48,405 nucleotides of DNA. Origin: Dehalococcoidia bacterium. GTDB taxonomy: Bacteria; Chloroflexota; Dehalococcoidia; Lucifugimonadales; UBA3495. The translations under genes were made by a program, and so were the position numbers. The first letter of the stretch is position 1. The number at the start of each line of letters is the position of its first letter. The stretch spans positions 1 through 48,405 of the forward strand of contig JASLXV010000068.1 of the NCBI GenBank assembly GCA_030740155.1, in the 5' to 3' direction. A model generated the notes under the pieces. The model ran no database searches and was not told the DNA's origin. It was given only the letters and a program-made list of their open reading frames with translations. Shown here one piece after another: positions 17,733 to 27,979 of the stretch.

Positions 17733-18926
17733 CTAGCCGCCCTGGGCAATCTGCTCCTTGAGCACCTCGATGGCCCGGTCCAGTTGAACATCCTCGGAGT
17801 CGTCCTCGCCACGCTCCTCGATGATATCCGGCGATATCCCTTCGCCTTCAATCACGGTCCCCTCGGGAGTGAACCAGCGGGCGATGGTGAAGTTGATGCC
17901 CGATCCGTCGCTCAGCGGCCACATGTTGTTGACGCTGCCCTTGCCGAAGGTGGTGGTGCCGATCACGGTGGCCCGGCCGTGGTCCATGAACGCGCCGGTC
18001 AAAACCTCGCTGGCGCTGGCGCTAAACTCGTTGACCAGGACCACCAGCGGCACGTCTAGCGCCTCACCCCCCGACTTGACGTCCCAATCGGTGCGTTTGC
18101 CCTGTGCATCGATCTGGTAAAGGACCAGGCCATCGTCCAGGAACTGGCTGGTGACGTCCACCACCGAGGTTAGCAGGCCGCCGGGGTTGTTCCGCAGGTC
18201 CAGCACCAGGCCAACCCCTTTGGAGCGCTCGAACCGTTCCAACGCCTTCTTGATCTCGTCTTTGGTGGTGCCGGTAAAACTGAACACCCGCAGGTGGCCG
18301 ATCTGCCCGACCTGCATCAACAGGCGGGCGCTTTCCAGCGGGATCTTGCCCCTGGTTATCCTCAGCAGATCCGGTTGACTCGCGTTGATGTGCAGCACCA
18401 GGAGCATTACATCGGTCCCCTTCTCGCCCCGGATCTTGCTCACCGCCTCCATAATGCTGATACCCTTGGTGCTCTCGCCTTCGATTTCCAGGATGATGTC
18501 GCCCGGCCGGATTCCGGCTTCCTCGGCCGGCGTGTCCGGCATCGGAGCGAGGATGGTGATCCGTCCGTCCCGCATGCCTACTTCGGCCCCGATTCCCTCG
18601 AAGTACCCTTTAATATCCTGGGAGTCGACGGCGAACTGGTCTGAGGTAAGGTAGGCCGCATAGGGGTCATCCAGAGCGTCCAGCATACCGCGAATCGCCC
18701 CATCGCTGAGGTCCTCGGCATCCAGGCTGTCGCCGTCGATGTGCTCCCGCGCCAGCAGCTTCCAGACCTCCGCCATCCGGTCGAACTCGGTGGGCAGTCC
18801 TTCTACGGCCGGGTCCGGCTCCGTGGCGGGGCCGGATTCTCCGCCTCGGCAGGCGGCGGCCACCAGCAGGACCCCCAACGACATCACCAGGACCAGGAGG
18901 GCCCATTGTGGACGGAATTTGGTCAC
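17733..18926 (-). CDS. S41A carboxyl-terminal processing protease (PDZ + catalytic domain)
   Basis: GAIRGMLDALDDPY, FEGIG, LDLRNNPGG, SASASE, TFGKGSV; GTG start after GAGGAG; lipobox-like LVAAAC. Confidence 0.95.
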   Translation of the reverse strand: MTKFRPQWALLVLVMSLGVLLVAAACRGGESGPATEPDPAVEGLPTEFDRMAEVWKLLAREHIDGDSLDAEDLSDGAIRGMLDALDDPYAAYLTSDQFAVDSQDIKGYFEGIGAEVGMRDGRITILAPMPDTPAEEAGIRPGDIILEIEGESTKGISIMEAVSKIRGEKGTDVMLLVLHINASQPDLLRITRGKIPLESARLLMQVGQIGHLRVFSFTGTTKDEIKKALERFERSKGVGLVLDLRNNPGGLLTSVVDVTSQFLDDGLVLYQIDAQGKRTDWDVKSGGEALDVPLVVLVNEFSASASEVLTGAFMDHGRATVIGTTTFGKGSVNNMWPLSDGSGINFTIARWFTPEGTVIEGEGISPDIIEERGEDDSEDVQLDRAIEVLKEQIAQGG

Positions 18927-19088
18927 GGATACAGTCTCCTCGGGAAATGGATAACCATCCATAAATAACGGCGCGGGCCATAGGGTAACCACTTTCCCCA
19001 ATTGTAACATAGGGGGTGCCTGGACCCCGCTCCGGTACGCCTGTCAGGGCCCGGTAGAAAGCTGCCATTTCCCTCCGTCGCACGCGCG

Positions 19089-19118
19089 TTGACACTGGCA
19101 ACGGCAAGCTGCTAGCAT
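19089..19118 (+). promoter_or_regulatory. Possible sigma70-type promoter for the HMGS-like/thiolase operon
   Basis: TTGACA-N18-TAGCAT about 30 nt upstream of the start. Confidence 0.45.
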
Positions 19119-19148
19119 GGCCCCAGATTGTCCGGCAGAAGGTATATT

Positions 19149-20561
19149 TTGGTAGGAATCGCCGCCTTCGGAGGGTATGTCCCCAGATACCGTCTCGGCC
19201 CCGAAACCGTGGGCTGGAACTCCCCCCAAGAGCGATCCATTGCCAACTTCGACGAGGACAGTGTCAGCATGGCGGTGGCGGCAGGAGTGGACTGCCTCCG
19301 CGGCTGGGACCGCCGGTCCGTGGACGGCCTGATCTTCGCGACCACCACTCCTCCCTACGCTGAAAAGCAGTGCGCCGCCATAATAGCCACCGCCCTCGAC
19401 CTGCGCCGGGACATCTTCGCCGCCGACATCACCGACGTTCTGCGGGCGGGAACCACCGCGTTGAAATCGGCCCTGGATTCGGTGGCCGCGGGCTCCGCTA
19501 GAACCGTCCTGGTCATCGCCAGCGACAATCGGGCGGGCGCCCCACGTGGTGACACCGAGCGGAACCTGGGCGACGGCGCGGCCGCCTTCCTGGTGTCCGG
19601 GGACGGGGTCGTCGCGGCCCTGGAAGGCTCCCACTCCATTACCGAGAACATGCTGGATTCCTGGCGCTCCGCCGGGGACCCCTTCGTCCGGTCCTGGGAG
19701 GACCGGTTCGCCGCTGAAGAGGGCTTGGAGCGGGTCCTGTCGGATGCTGTTTCCGGGTTTCTCCGGAAGCAGGGACTCTCCCCTCAGGACGTAACCAAAG
19801 TCGCCCTGTACGCCCCGGACGGCCGGCGCCACGGCCAGCTGGCCCGCAAGGCCGGCTTCACCCCGGAGCAGGTGCAGGACCCCCTCTTCGGCAAAATGGG
19901 CAACACCGGCGCCGCCTTCCCGCTGATGCTGCTGGCGGCGGCCCTGGAGGGCGCCGGCCCCGGCCAGCTTCTCCTGGCGGTATCCTATGGAGATGGCAGC
20001 GACGTGCTGGGTTTCAGGACCACCGAGGCTATCTCTGGGCTCGATCCCCGCATGGGCGTGACCGGATACCTGGGCTCCAAGCGTCAGATCAGCAGCTACG
20101 AAACCTACGCCAGATGGCGGGATGTCTGGGTCACCGACGCCGCGGCCCGCCGCCCTACCCCGGCCTCCCCCTCGGTTACCGCCCTCTGGCGGGAGAGCGA
20201 TAAGAACCTCCGGCTCTACGGCGCCACGTGCAACCAGTGCGGCTACGTCCAGTACCCCGCGCAAAATGTTTGCGTTAACTGCCGGGCCAGGGATGATTCC
20301 TCGCCACTTCGCTTCAGCGACCAGCCCGGAACCGTGTTCACCTATTCCCTGGACTACCTGGCCGGCACCACCGACTCGCCGCTGGTGATCACCGTCGTGG
20401 ACTTCCAGGTTGGCGGACGGATGCTGTGCATGATGACGGACCGGGAGTTGGATGAGGTACAGATCGGCATGCCCGTGGAGATGAGCTTTCGCAAGCTGCG
20501 GGTGGTCAACGGCATCCACAACTACTACTGGAAAGCAATCCCCCAGCGCACGACGGTGTAG
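19149..20561 (+). CDS. HMG-CoA synthase-like protein fused to a DUF35 zinc-ribbon/OB-fold domain
   Basis: GIAAFGGYVPRYRL, DEDSVSMAVAA, GDGAAA, GNTG, SYGDG; C-terminal CNQC..YP...CVNC plus OB fold (GTVFTYS...IGMPVEMSFRK). Confidence 0.9.
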   Translation: MVGIAAFGGYVPRYRLGPETVGWNSPQERSIANFDEDSVSMAVAAGVDCLRGWDRRSVDGLIFATTTPPYAEKQCAAIIATALDLRRDIFAADITDVLRAGTTALKSALDSVAAGSARTVLVIASDNRAGAPRGDTERNLGDGAAAFLVSGDGVVAALEGSHSITENMLDSWRSAGDPFVRSWEDRFAAEEGLERVLSDAVSGFLRKQGLSPQDVTKVALYAPDGRRHGQLARKAGFTPEQVQDPLFGKMGNTGAAFPLMLLAAALEGAGPGQLLLAVSYGDGSDVLGFRTTEAISGLDPRMGVTGYLGSKRQISSYETYARWRDVWVTDAAARRPTPASPSVTALWRESDKNLRLYGATCNQCGYVQYPAQNVCVNCRARDDSSPLRFSDQPGTVFTYSLDYLAGTTDSPLVITVVDFQVGGRMLCMMTDRELDEVQIGMPVEMSFRKLRVVNGIHNYYWKAIPQRTTV

Positions 20562-20618
20562 ATTGTACCAGTCGCCTGAGCGGGTTCGACCCCAGTTTAC
20601 TCACAGACTCGGAGACGG

Positions 20619-21794
20619 ATGATGCGTGGAATAAAAGACCGTGTGGCAATTATCGGAATGGGATGCACCAAGTTCGGGGAGCGTTGGGATGCCGGTGTAC
20701 CGGACCTGATGGTGGAGGCCGCCTACGAGGCCTACGCCGACGCGGGCATCGACGGCAAGGACATCCAGGCTGCCTGGCTGGGAACGGTCAGCTCCTTCCG
20801 CACCGGGCAACCGCTGGCCGACGCGCTGAAGCTGGACTATATCCCAATCACGCGGGTGGAGAACGCCTGCGCTACGGCCACCGATGCTTTTCGGAACGCC
20901 TGCTACGCCGTGGCTGCCGGCATCTACGATATCGTCCTGGCCCTGGGTGTCGAGAAGCTGAAGGACTCGGGTTTCTCCGGGTTGGCCATTCCCGAGGCCG
21001 CGGGCTCCGACGTTGCGCCGGCGGTACCGCCGCCCTCCCAGTTCGCCCTGGCGGCCACCCGCTACTTCCACCATTATGACATCCCCTACGAGCAGGGAAA
21101 GCTCACCCTGGCCCAGATTGCGAGCAAGAACCACCACAACGGCACCATGAGCCCCAAGGCCCACTTCCAGCGGGAGGTGAGCACCGACCAGGTGGTCAAC
21201 GCCCCCATGGTGGCCTGGCCCCTGGGGCTCTTCGACTGCTGCGGGGTCAGCGACGGAGCCGCCGCGGCGATCATCACCACGCCGGAAATCGCCCGCACTT
21301 TCCGCGACGACTACGTGCTGGTGAAGGGATTGGGCCTGTCGGTGGGGGCCTACGGCATCATGCGCAACGACTGGGACTTCGTCCATTTCCCCGAGAGTGT
21401 CCGGGCCGCCCAGGCGTCCTATCAGGAAGCCGGGATAACCAACCCCCGGGAGGAACTGGACCTGGCCATGGTCCATGACTGCTTCACCATCACCGAGCTG
21501 ATTATCTACGAGGACCTGGGGTTCAGCCCCAGGGGCCGGGCTAGCGAAGACGTGGAGGCGGGCACCTTCACCCTCGAGGGAGAGCTTCCGGTCAATACCG
21601 ACGGTGGGCTAAAGTGTTTCGGGCACCCCATCGGCGCCAGCGGCATCCGCATGATCTATGAGGTCTACAAACAGCTCCAGGGTAAAGCGGGAGCCCGTCA
21701 GCTCAAGAAGGCTGGCTTGGGCCTGACCCACAACCTGGGTGGCCGGCCCGGCTCCTTCACCTGCTCCGTGGCCATTTTCGGCGCTCGCGACTGA
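20619..21794 (+). CDS. Thiolase (SCP2/archaeal-type acetyl-CoA acetyltransferase)
   Basis: RVENACATA, SDGAAA, VHDCFT, VNTDGGL, GHPIGASG, HNLGG. Confidence 0.93.
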   Translation: MMRGIKDRVAIIGMGCTKFGERWDAGVPDLMVEAAYEAYADAGIDGKDIQAAWLGTVSSFRTGQPLADALKLDYIPITRVENACATATDAFRNACYAVAAGIYDIVLALGVEKLKDSGFSGLAIPEAAGSDVAPAVPPPSQFALAATRYFHHYDIPYEQGKLTLAQIASKNHHNGTMSPKAHFQREVSTDQVVNAPMVAWPLGLFDCCGVSDGAAAAIITTPEIARTFRDDYVLVKGLGLSVGAYGIMRNDWDFVHFPESVRAAQASYQEAGITNPREELDLAMVHDCFTITELIIYEDLGFSPRGRASEDVEAGTFTLEGELPVNTDGGLKCFGHPIGASGIRMIYEVYKQLQGKAGARQLKKAGLGLTHNLGGRPGSFTCSVAIFGARD

Positions 21795-21831
21795 TCCAGC
21801 GGCATCGCCCAAAGCGGCTTTGTTTTAATAT

Positions 21832-21941
21832 TGTCATTCCGAGGAGCGAAGCGACGGGGAATCCGGTGCTGGGCTCCAACTGGGCGGCCCGGGGCAGCCT
21901 GGACCCACCACCCCAGGCCCATCGCTTCACATGGGGTGACA
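21832..21941 (+). repeat. REP/MITE-like element copy 2
   Basis: TGTCATTCCGAGGAGCGAAGCGACGGGGAATCCGGTGC...GACCCACCACCCC...TCGCTTCACATGGGGTGACA. Confidence 0.8.
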
Positions 21942-22097
21942 TGCTCCAGGGTGCTTTTGAGGCAAGGCCGTCCAAAGCGATGAGGGTAAATGAGGGTAAC
22001 GGGAGCTAATCCTGACCCCCACTTGGCCCGCCCGTTGCCGTGACCCGGTCCAAGGCTGGACCGGGTCGTTTGACCGATTCTCCCAGGCAAGGAATTT

Positions 22098-23249
22098 ATG
22101 GGTCAGTATGCGTTGACGGAAGAGCAAGAACTTCTTCAGCAGAGCGTGCGCCGGGTGGCGCGGGAGCGGGTGGCTTCCCGGGCGGCGGAGATTGACGCGC
22201 TGGCGGAATACCCCCAGGACATGTTTGACCTGCTCCGGGAGTTGGGGTTTCTTGCCCTTCCCTTCGCTCCCGAGTACGGCGGCACGGGCTCCGTGCTCTC
22301 GGGCTGTCTGGCCGTGGAGGAACTGGGGCGGGTGTGCTACAACACCGCCTACCTACTGGTGGTGCAGTGGGTCCCCTTCGGCGCCATCCTGGCCGCGGGT
22401 AACGAAGAGCAGCGCGGCCGTCTGTTGCCCGGCCTCGCCAGTGGGGATCTGCGCGGATCCATCTCCGTGACCGAGCCTGGGGCCGGCTCCGACGTGGCCG
22501 CTATCCAGACCAGGGCGGAGCCGGTGGGTGACGGCTACCGGCTGAACGGCACGAAGATCTTCGCCACCAACTCCAAGGTGGCCGACTTCGTGCTGGTGGC
22601 CGCCAAGACGGACCCGGAGGCCGGTGGACGAGGCGTCAGTCTCTTCATCGTCGAGCGGGGGACGCCCGGCTTTACCGTCACCCGAGATGAGCATAAATCG
22701 GGAGCACGGGGCGTTCCATCATCCGAGCTTCAATTCGATGATGCCTTCATTCCTGCCGGCAATCTGCTCGGTTCGAAGGATGGGGGATTCAAGGTGGTGA
22801 TGGAGGCCTTCAACCGATCTCGCCCCATTATCGGTGCCCGAGGGGTTGGCCTGGCCCAGGGCGCCATGGACCTGGCCGTGGAGTACGCCAGGGAGCGATC
22901 CGCCTTCAACCGGAAGATCGGGGCCTTCCAGGGCCTGCGATGGATGATCGCCGACATGGCCATCGAGATCGAGGCCGCCCGTCACCTGGTGTACCGGTCG
23001 GCGGCCGCCATCGACGCGGGACACGTGGGCAAGGAGGTGGCCGCTCTGGTTGCCATGGCCAAGTGTTTCGCCACCGACGTCGCCATGAAAGTCGCGGTGG
23101 ATGCGGTCCAGGTGTTCGGGTCGGCCGGCATCTCCATTGAAACGCCCATCGGACGTTACATGCGGGACGCCAAGGTGTTGCAAATAGTGGAAGGCACCAA
23201 CCAGATTCAGCGCAACATCGTGGCGGATGCGATCATCGGACGCCTGTAG
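22098..23249 (+). CDS. Acyl-CoA dehydrogenase
   Basis: VTEPGAGSD, LNGTKIFATN, FQGLRWMIADM, RDAKVLQIVEGTNQIQR. Confidence 0.95.
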   Translation: MGQYALTEEQELLQQSVRRVARERVASRAAEIDALAEYPQDMFDLLRELGFLALPFAPEYGGTGSVLSGCLAVEELGRVCYNTAYLLVVQWVPFGAILAAGNEEQRGRLLPGLASGDLRGSISVTEPGAGSDVAAIQTRAEPVGDGYRLNGTKIFATNSKVADFVLVAAKTDPEAGGRGVSLFIVERGTPGFTVTRDEHKSGARGVPSSELQFDDAFIPAGNLLGSKDGGFKVVMEAFNRSRPIIGARGVGLAQGAMDLAVEYARERSAFNRKIGAFQGLRWMIADMAIEIEAARHLVYRSAAAIDAGHVGKEVAALVAMAKCFATDVAMKVAVDAVQVFGSAGISIETPIGRYMRDAKVLQIVEGTNQIQRNIVADAIIGRL

Positions 23250-23335
23250 CCGGACCGGCCGGAGGACCCGGCCCAGATCGTTGTCCGCCAGCTGCGGGGG
23301 GTCCGAGCCGCCCGAGAGCTTCTAAAGGAGAAACA

Positions 23336-23794
23336 ATGGAGAGTTGGTACTACGAGGATTACGTGCCGGGCGAAGGATTCCGGACCATGGCCCGCACCGT
23401 CACCGAGACAGACGTCGTGAACTTCATCGCCCTGTCCGGCATCTGCGAGCCCCTTTTCATCGACCAGGAATACCTGCGCCGGGAGACGGAATTTACGGGA
23501 AGGCTCGTTCCGGGGCTGCTTACCTTCTCCATCGGTGAAGGGCTTTTCGTCCAAACCGGGGTGCTTCAAGGACGGGCCCTGGCCTTCCTGGGCATGGATG
23601 AGCTGCGGTTTCTCAGGCCGGTCTACGTGGGCGACACGATCCACGTTCGGATGGAGACGAAAGAGAAGCGGCACACCCGGCGCGAGGATCGAGGAATCGT
23701 GGTGACGCGGCTGGTCATTTGCAACCAGCGGGAAGAGGAGGTCATATCCTGCACCTTGACCCGCATGTTGCGGCGCAGGCCCGCCGGGGATTAG
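23336..23794 (+). CDS. MaoC family dehydratase
   Basis: RTVTETDVVNFIALSG, GRLVPGLLT, LRFLRPVYVGDTI; AAGGAG RBS. Confidence 0.92.
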   Translation: MESWYYEDYVPGEGFRTMARTVTETDVVNFIALSGICEPLFIDQEYLRRETEFTGRLVPGLLTFSIGEGLFVQTGVLQGRALAFLGMDELRFLRPVYVGDTIHVRMETKEKRHTRREDRGIVVTRLVICNQREEEVISCTLTRMLRRRPAGD

Positions 23795-23873
23795 GCATCC
23801 GGGGAGGTACGCGGTTTGATTTAGCGGTCAATCACCGCGATACTAGCAGTCAGGCAACTTGGTTTTGGCATGA

Positions 23874-23946
23874 TGTCATTCTGAGGAGCAGAGCGACGAA
23901 GAATCTCATTGTTACGCTGAGGTTCTTCGCTTCGCCCAGAATGACA
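23874..23946. repeat. REP doublet (palindromic member of the TGTCATT family)
   Basis: TGTCATTCTGAGGAGCAGAGCGACGAAGAATCTC-spacer-GAGGTTCTTCGCTTCGCCCAGAATGACA. Confidence 0.85.
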
Positions 23947-24019
23947 ATTTGCAGATCTAAATTGACTGAGTACTACGCAACATACTGTGTGGCCCACGAG
24001 CCCAAAATGGGAGAGAGTG

Positions 24020-24538
24020 ATGGACGCCAGAGACCTACTGCGCCAGCAATTTCGAGAGGCTAATGAGTGGCTTGCGGCCACCATGCAAGGAGTGACCACC
24101 GAGCAAGCGAACTGGAAGCCACCGGGCATGGCCAATCCTCTCGGCGCCACCTATGCCCATGCGCTGCTATCCCAGGACATCATCGGCAACGTCGTGATCA
24201 ATAGCGGCGCCCCGTTGGCCGCCACCACCTGGGCCGGGAAGACGGGCCTCAGCGAGCCACCGCCCACCGAGGATGTAGCCGCCTGGGGCCAGTGGGCCAG
24301 AAACGTCAAGGTTGACCTGGACGCGCTGCGGGCCTACGGTCAGGCGGTCCAGACCGCCGCGGACGGTGTTATCATGTCGCTCACCGACGCCGACCTGGAC
24401 CGCGCCGTACAGACTCCTTTTGGAAGTTCCACGGTCCTATTTATGCTGAGCGGCGCCCTCATCGGCCATACCCACGACCACACTGGTGAGATCACCTGCC
24501 TCAAAGGGCTCCAAGGCGCCAAAGGGTACATGATCTAG
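24020..24538 (+). CDS. DinB/YfiT family four-helix-bundle protein
   Basis: TTEQANWKP...NPLGATYAH...GHTHDHTGEI metal-binding His pattern. Confidence 0.85.
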   Translation: MDARDLLRQQFREANEWLAATMQGVTTEQANWKPPGMANPLGATYAHALLSQDIIGNVVINSGAPLAATTWAGKTGLSEPPPTEDVAAWGQWARNVKVDLDALRAYGQAVQTAADGVIMSLTDADLDRAVQTPFGSSTVLFMLSGALIGHTHDHTGEITCLKGLQGAKGYMI

Positions 24539-24584
24539 CGGGTTGCCGGCTGCGGTATCGGCCCGTTACAGTTTTTGCCGGGAG

Positions 24585-24616
24585 AGGAACACCCCGTGCC
24601 GGGGGTGTTCCTTTTT
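24585..24616 (+). terminator. Intrinsic terminator
   Basis: AGGAACACCCC-gtgccg-GGGGTGTTCCT followed by TTTT. Confidence 0.8.
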
Positions 24617-24972
24617 GTCCGCCCGGCTAAAACAAGAGGCCGGGGATCGCGAGTTCGATCGGCTGCTTGGCGTGTGCGGCAACCTCTACTTCTTCGACGG
24701 CACCCGGTATTCCCCTCTTGACACGCGGGAACTGGGGCTAGCTCGTTGTTGACATAACAGCAGAGTTCCGGCCCCTCGGGTACTGCGGCAACAGTAGGGG
24801 CCGTACTATGAAGATAGTACAGCGAAATCAATCACTCTGGGGATGTGGGGATTCCCCTCCGCCGCCATAATTCAGCCTGCGAGTATTGAATAGGGTGGAA
24901 CCAGATCGACCTGCCTGGAACCACCGGCGCTGGGAGACTGCCGGGGCGAGCGGGCAGAACAGGAAGAGACAG

Positions 24973-26250
24973 TTGAATATCCTGCTAATCGGGTTGAACC
25001 AAAAGACCGCGCCGGTCGAGGTTCGGGAGAGCGTCTCGTTCTCCAAGGAGCAACTTCCGGATGCCCTGAGCCTGCTCAAGGAACAGGTCGAAGAGGTGGT
25101 CATCCTGGCCACGTGCAACCGGACTGAAATCTACTCCGCGACGCAGGACCCCGTTCGGACCGGCGAAATGATCCGGTCTTTTCTCGCCAAGATCCATGGC
25201 ATAGCGGCCGATGACATAACTCCCTATCTATATGAATACACCGATGACGCGGCGGTGCACCACCTATTCGAGGTGGCCTCGGGGATGGATTCACTGGTCT
25301 TGGGCGAACCCCAGATTCTCGGCCAGGTCCGGGACTCGTTCACCGAGGCGGTACAGGCTCGGTCCGCCAAGCGGGACCTCTCGAAGCTGTTCCATCAGGC
25401 CCTTCGCGTCGGCAAAAAGGCCCGCAAAGAGACCGCAATCGGGCGCCACGCCATGTCGGTGAGCTACGTGTGCGTCGAGTTGGTCCGCGAGACGCTGGGC
25501 GAGCTACGGGAGTCCACGGCGCTGCTGGTGGGAGTAGGAGAAGCGGGAAAGCTTGCCTGCAGGGCGCTGGCCAAGGCCGGCGTCGGTCGCATCACCGTGG
25601 TCAACCGCACGTATCACCGGGCCCGCAGCCTCGCCGACGAGCTGGGAGGAATCGCCCTGCCGTTTGACCGTTTGGTGGAAGCCCTGGCCGAGGCAGATAT
25701 CGTCATCAGCGCCACCGGCGCCTCCACCCACGTCATCAGCGCCGCGGCCGTCAAACAGGCCGCTCGAGAACATCACGGCAACCCCCTGCTGCTCATGGAC
25801 ATCGCGATGCCGAGGGACATTGACCCGGTGGTGGCGGACATCCCGGGGGTGAGCCTCTACGATATCGATGACTTGCAGGCAGTTTCCGCCTCTAATCGCC
25901 GAGAGCGAGAAGGGGAGGTTGTAAAAGTGGAAGCCATCATAGAAGAGGCGGTGGCCGGTTTCTCCGAGTCCAGGGGTTCCTCCTTGGTGGACTCAACCCT
26001 GGCCGCGCTGTATCACCAAGCCGAAGAACTCCGGCAGCGTGAGGTGGCGAAGACCCTGAATCTTCTTCCGGAGATCACCGAGAAGCAGCGAAATGACATT
26101 GAGACGATGAGCCGAAGCTTGATAAGAAAGCTGCTCCACAACCGGATGGCGGCGCTCCGGGGTCAGGGAGGCGCTGCCGACTGCGAGGCTTTCACCCGGC
26201 TGTTCAATCTGGACCCAGGCGACCTGGACCCAGGCGACGATCCGAAGTAA
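24973..26250 (+). CDS. hemA: Glutamyl-tRNA reductase
   Basis: IGLNQKTAPVEVRE, TCNRTEIY, SLVLGEPQILGQV, VGVGEAG, DIAMPRDID; TTG start inferred. Confidence 0.95.
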   Translation: MNILLIGLNQKTAPVEVRESVSFSKEQLPDALSLLKEQVEEVVILATCNRTEIYSATQDPVRTGEMIRSFLAKIHGIAADDITPYLYEYTDDAAVHHLFEVASGMDSLVLGEPQILGQVRDSFTEAVQARSAKRDLSKLFHQALRVGKKARKETAIGRHAMSVSYVCVELVRETLGELRESTALLVGVGEAGKLACRALAKAGVGRITVVNRTYHRARSLADELGGIALPFDRLVEALAEADIVISATGASTHVISAAAVKQAAREHHGNPLLLMDIAMPRDIDPVVADIPGVSLYDIDDLQAVSASNRREREGEVVKVEAIIEEAVAGFSESRGSSLVDSTLAALYHQAEELRQREVAKTLNLLPEITEKQRNDIETMSRSLIRKLLHNRMAALRGQGGAADCEAFTRLFNLDPGDLDPGDDPK

Positions 26251-26800
26251 GTCCCCAGTAAGACCCAATAATGGATGCCGGCCGGCTCACCCTCGGAGCG
26301 GCAGCACCAGGAGACGGCAATCTCTGCGGCGGAACTCACGCCGGCGGCGATGCCATCTCCTGTCGTTGCGTCCGTCTCATTCGGTGCGGTGATGGGAGGT
26401 GGGGCCGGCGTTGCGTCGCAGGGTTGACTTCCGTTTGCGGTGTTTGGATATGATAGATGTGTTGACCGAAGGCGATCACCCTGCTCCGGCGCCCTCGAAT
26501 ATCCTCAGGGAGCCCGGAGTTCTCCCTGCCGGAGCTTGAACCACGCTTGCTGCCGGCGACGGCAGCTCAGCAACTCCGTGAGAATGACACCCTCCTACAC
26601 CACTTGACGGGACGCGGCCATGCGTCTCGCCGGCCTGACTCTTCGGTGCCGAAGCGTCCAACTGTCGCTGATACCCCGCGGCTGCTAGCGACCTTGCAAC
26701 AGCGCAGGCAGTATAATCAACAGGGACGACTCGTCCGCATGGGGCGGGCCGCATCGCCCCGAGTCTTCGGTCCCAAAGAGTAGGTTTCGAAGGAGAGGCC

Positions 26801-27979
26801 GTGGCGCAGCTTACGGAAACCCAAAGAGGCATCGTCAACACCATCCGCGAGTTCGTTCGCCGGGAGGTGGTGCCCGTGGCCCCCCGCATGGAGCATGCCG
26901 ACGAGTACCCCACGGAGCTGGTGGAGCGGATGAAGGAGCTGGGCCTGTTTGGCGCCATCATCCCGCAGCGGTACGGCGGCCTGGGGCTGGATGTAGCTAC
27001 CTACGCCCTGATCATCGAGGAGATCTGCCTGGGATGGATGAGCCTGAGCGGCATTCTCAACTCCCACGTCATCATGTCCTACACGGTGGTCAACGGCGGC
27101 ACCGAGGAACAGAAAGAACGTTTCCTCCCTCTCATGGCTACCGGCGAGAAGCGGGGCGGCATCTGCATCACCGAGCCCGATGCGGGCAGCGACGTTCAGG
27201 CCATCAAAACCAGGGCAGTCCGGGACGGTGACGAATACGTGGTGAATGGCGCCAAGACCCTGATCACCAACGGCCGCCACGGCAACACCTTCGCCCTGGT
27301 GGTCAAGACCGACCCGGCGGCCGACCCTCCGCGCCGGGGCATGAGCATCTTCATCGCCGAAAAGGGGCCCGGGTTTAACGTGGTCCGGGATATACCCAAG
27401 CTGGGGTACAAAGGGGTGGACACCTGCGAGTTGGTCTTTGACGATTACCGGGTCTCGGGGAGTAACCTGGTCGGCGGTGAGGAGGGCCAGGGGTTCTACC
27501 AGATCATGAGCGGCCTGGAGTTGGGGCGGGTCAACGTGGCCGCCCGCTGTGTCGGCATCGCCCGTGCCGCCCTGGAAGCGGCCATCGGGTACGCCCGCCA
27601 CCGGGAGACCTTCGGCAAGCCCATCGCCGAGCACCAGGCCATCCAAATGATGCTGGCGAAGATGGCCACCCAGTTACAGGCGGCCCATCTCATGGTCCGG
27701 CACGCCGCCGACAAGAAAGACCGGGGCGAGCGCGCCGACCTGGAGGCAGGCATGGCCAAGCTGTTCGCCAGCGAGATGTGCATGCAGGTAACCATCGACG
27801 CCTTGCGCATTCACGGCGGATACGGGTACACTCAGGACCTCAACGTGGAGCGCTACTTCCGCGACGCGCCCTTGATGATGATCGGCGAGGGCACCAACGA
27901 GATCCAACAAACAATCATCGCCCGCACCTTGTTGAAGAGCTATGCCTCAGGTGACTTTCTGTACGAGGCGGGGCTTTAG
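26801..27979 (+). CDS. Acyl-CoA dehydrogenase
   Basis: ITEPDAGSD, VNGAKTLITNG, KLGYKG, HGGYGY, MIGEGTNEIQ. Confidence 0.95.
   Translation: MAQLTETQRGIVNTIREFVRREVVPVAPRMEHADEYPTELVERMKELGLFGAIIPQRYGGLGLDVATYALIIEEICLGWMSLSGILNSHVIMSYTVVNGGTEEQKERFLPLMATGEKRGGICITEPDAGSDVQAIKTRAVRDGDEYVVNGAKTLITNGRHGNTFALVVKTDPAADPPRRGMSIFIAEKGPGFNVVRDIPKLGYKGVDTCELVFDDYRVSGSNLVGGEEGQGFYQIMSGLELGRVNVAARCVGIARAALEAAIGYARHRETFGKPIAEHQAIQMMLAKMATQLQAAHLMVRHAADKKDRGERADLEAGMAKLFASEMCMQVTIDALRIHGGYGYTQDLNVERYFRDAPLMMIGEGTNEIQQTIIARTLLKSYASGDFLYEAGL

Noticed and set aside
24750..24972. Cobalamin riboswitch upstream of hemA
   Set aside because: No B12-box or other conserved elements; only a generic hairpin.
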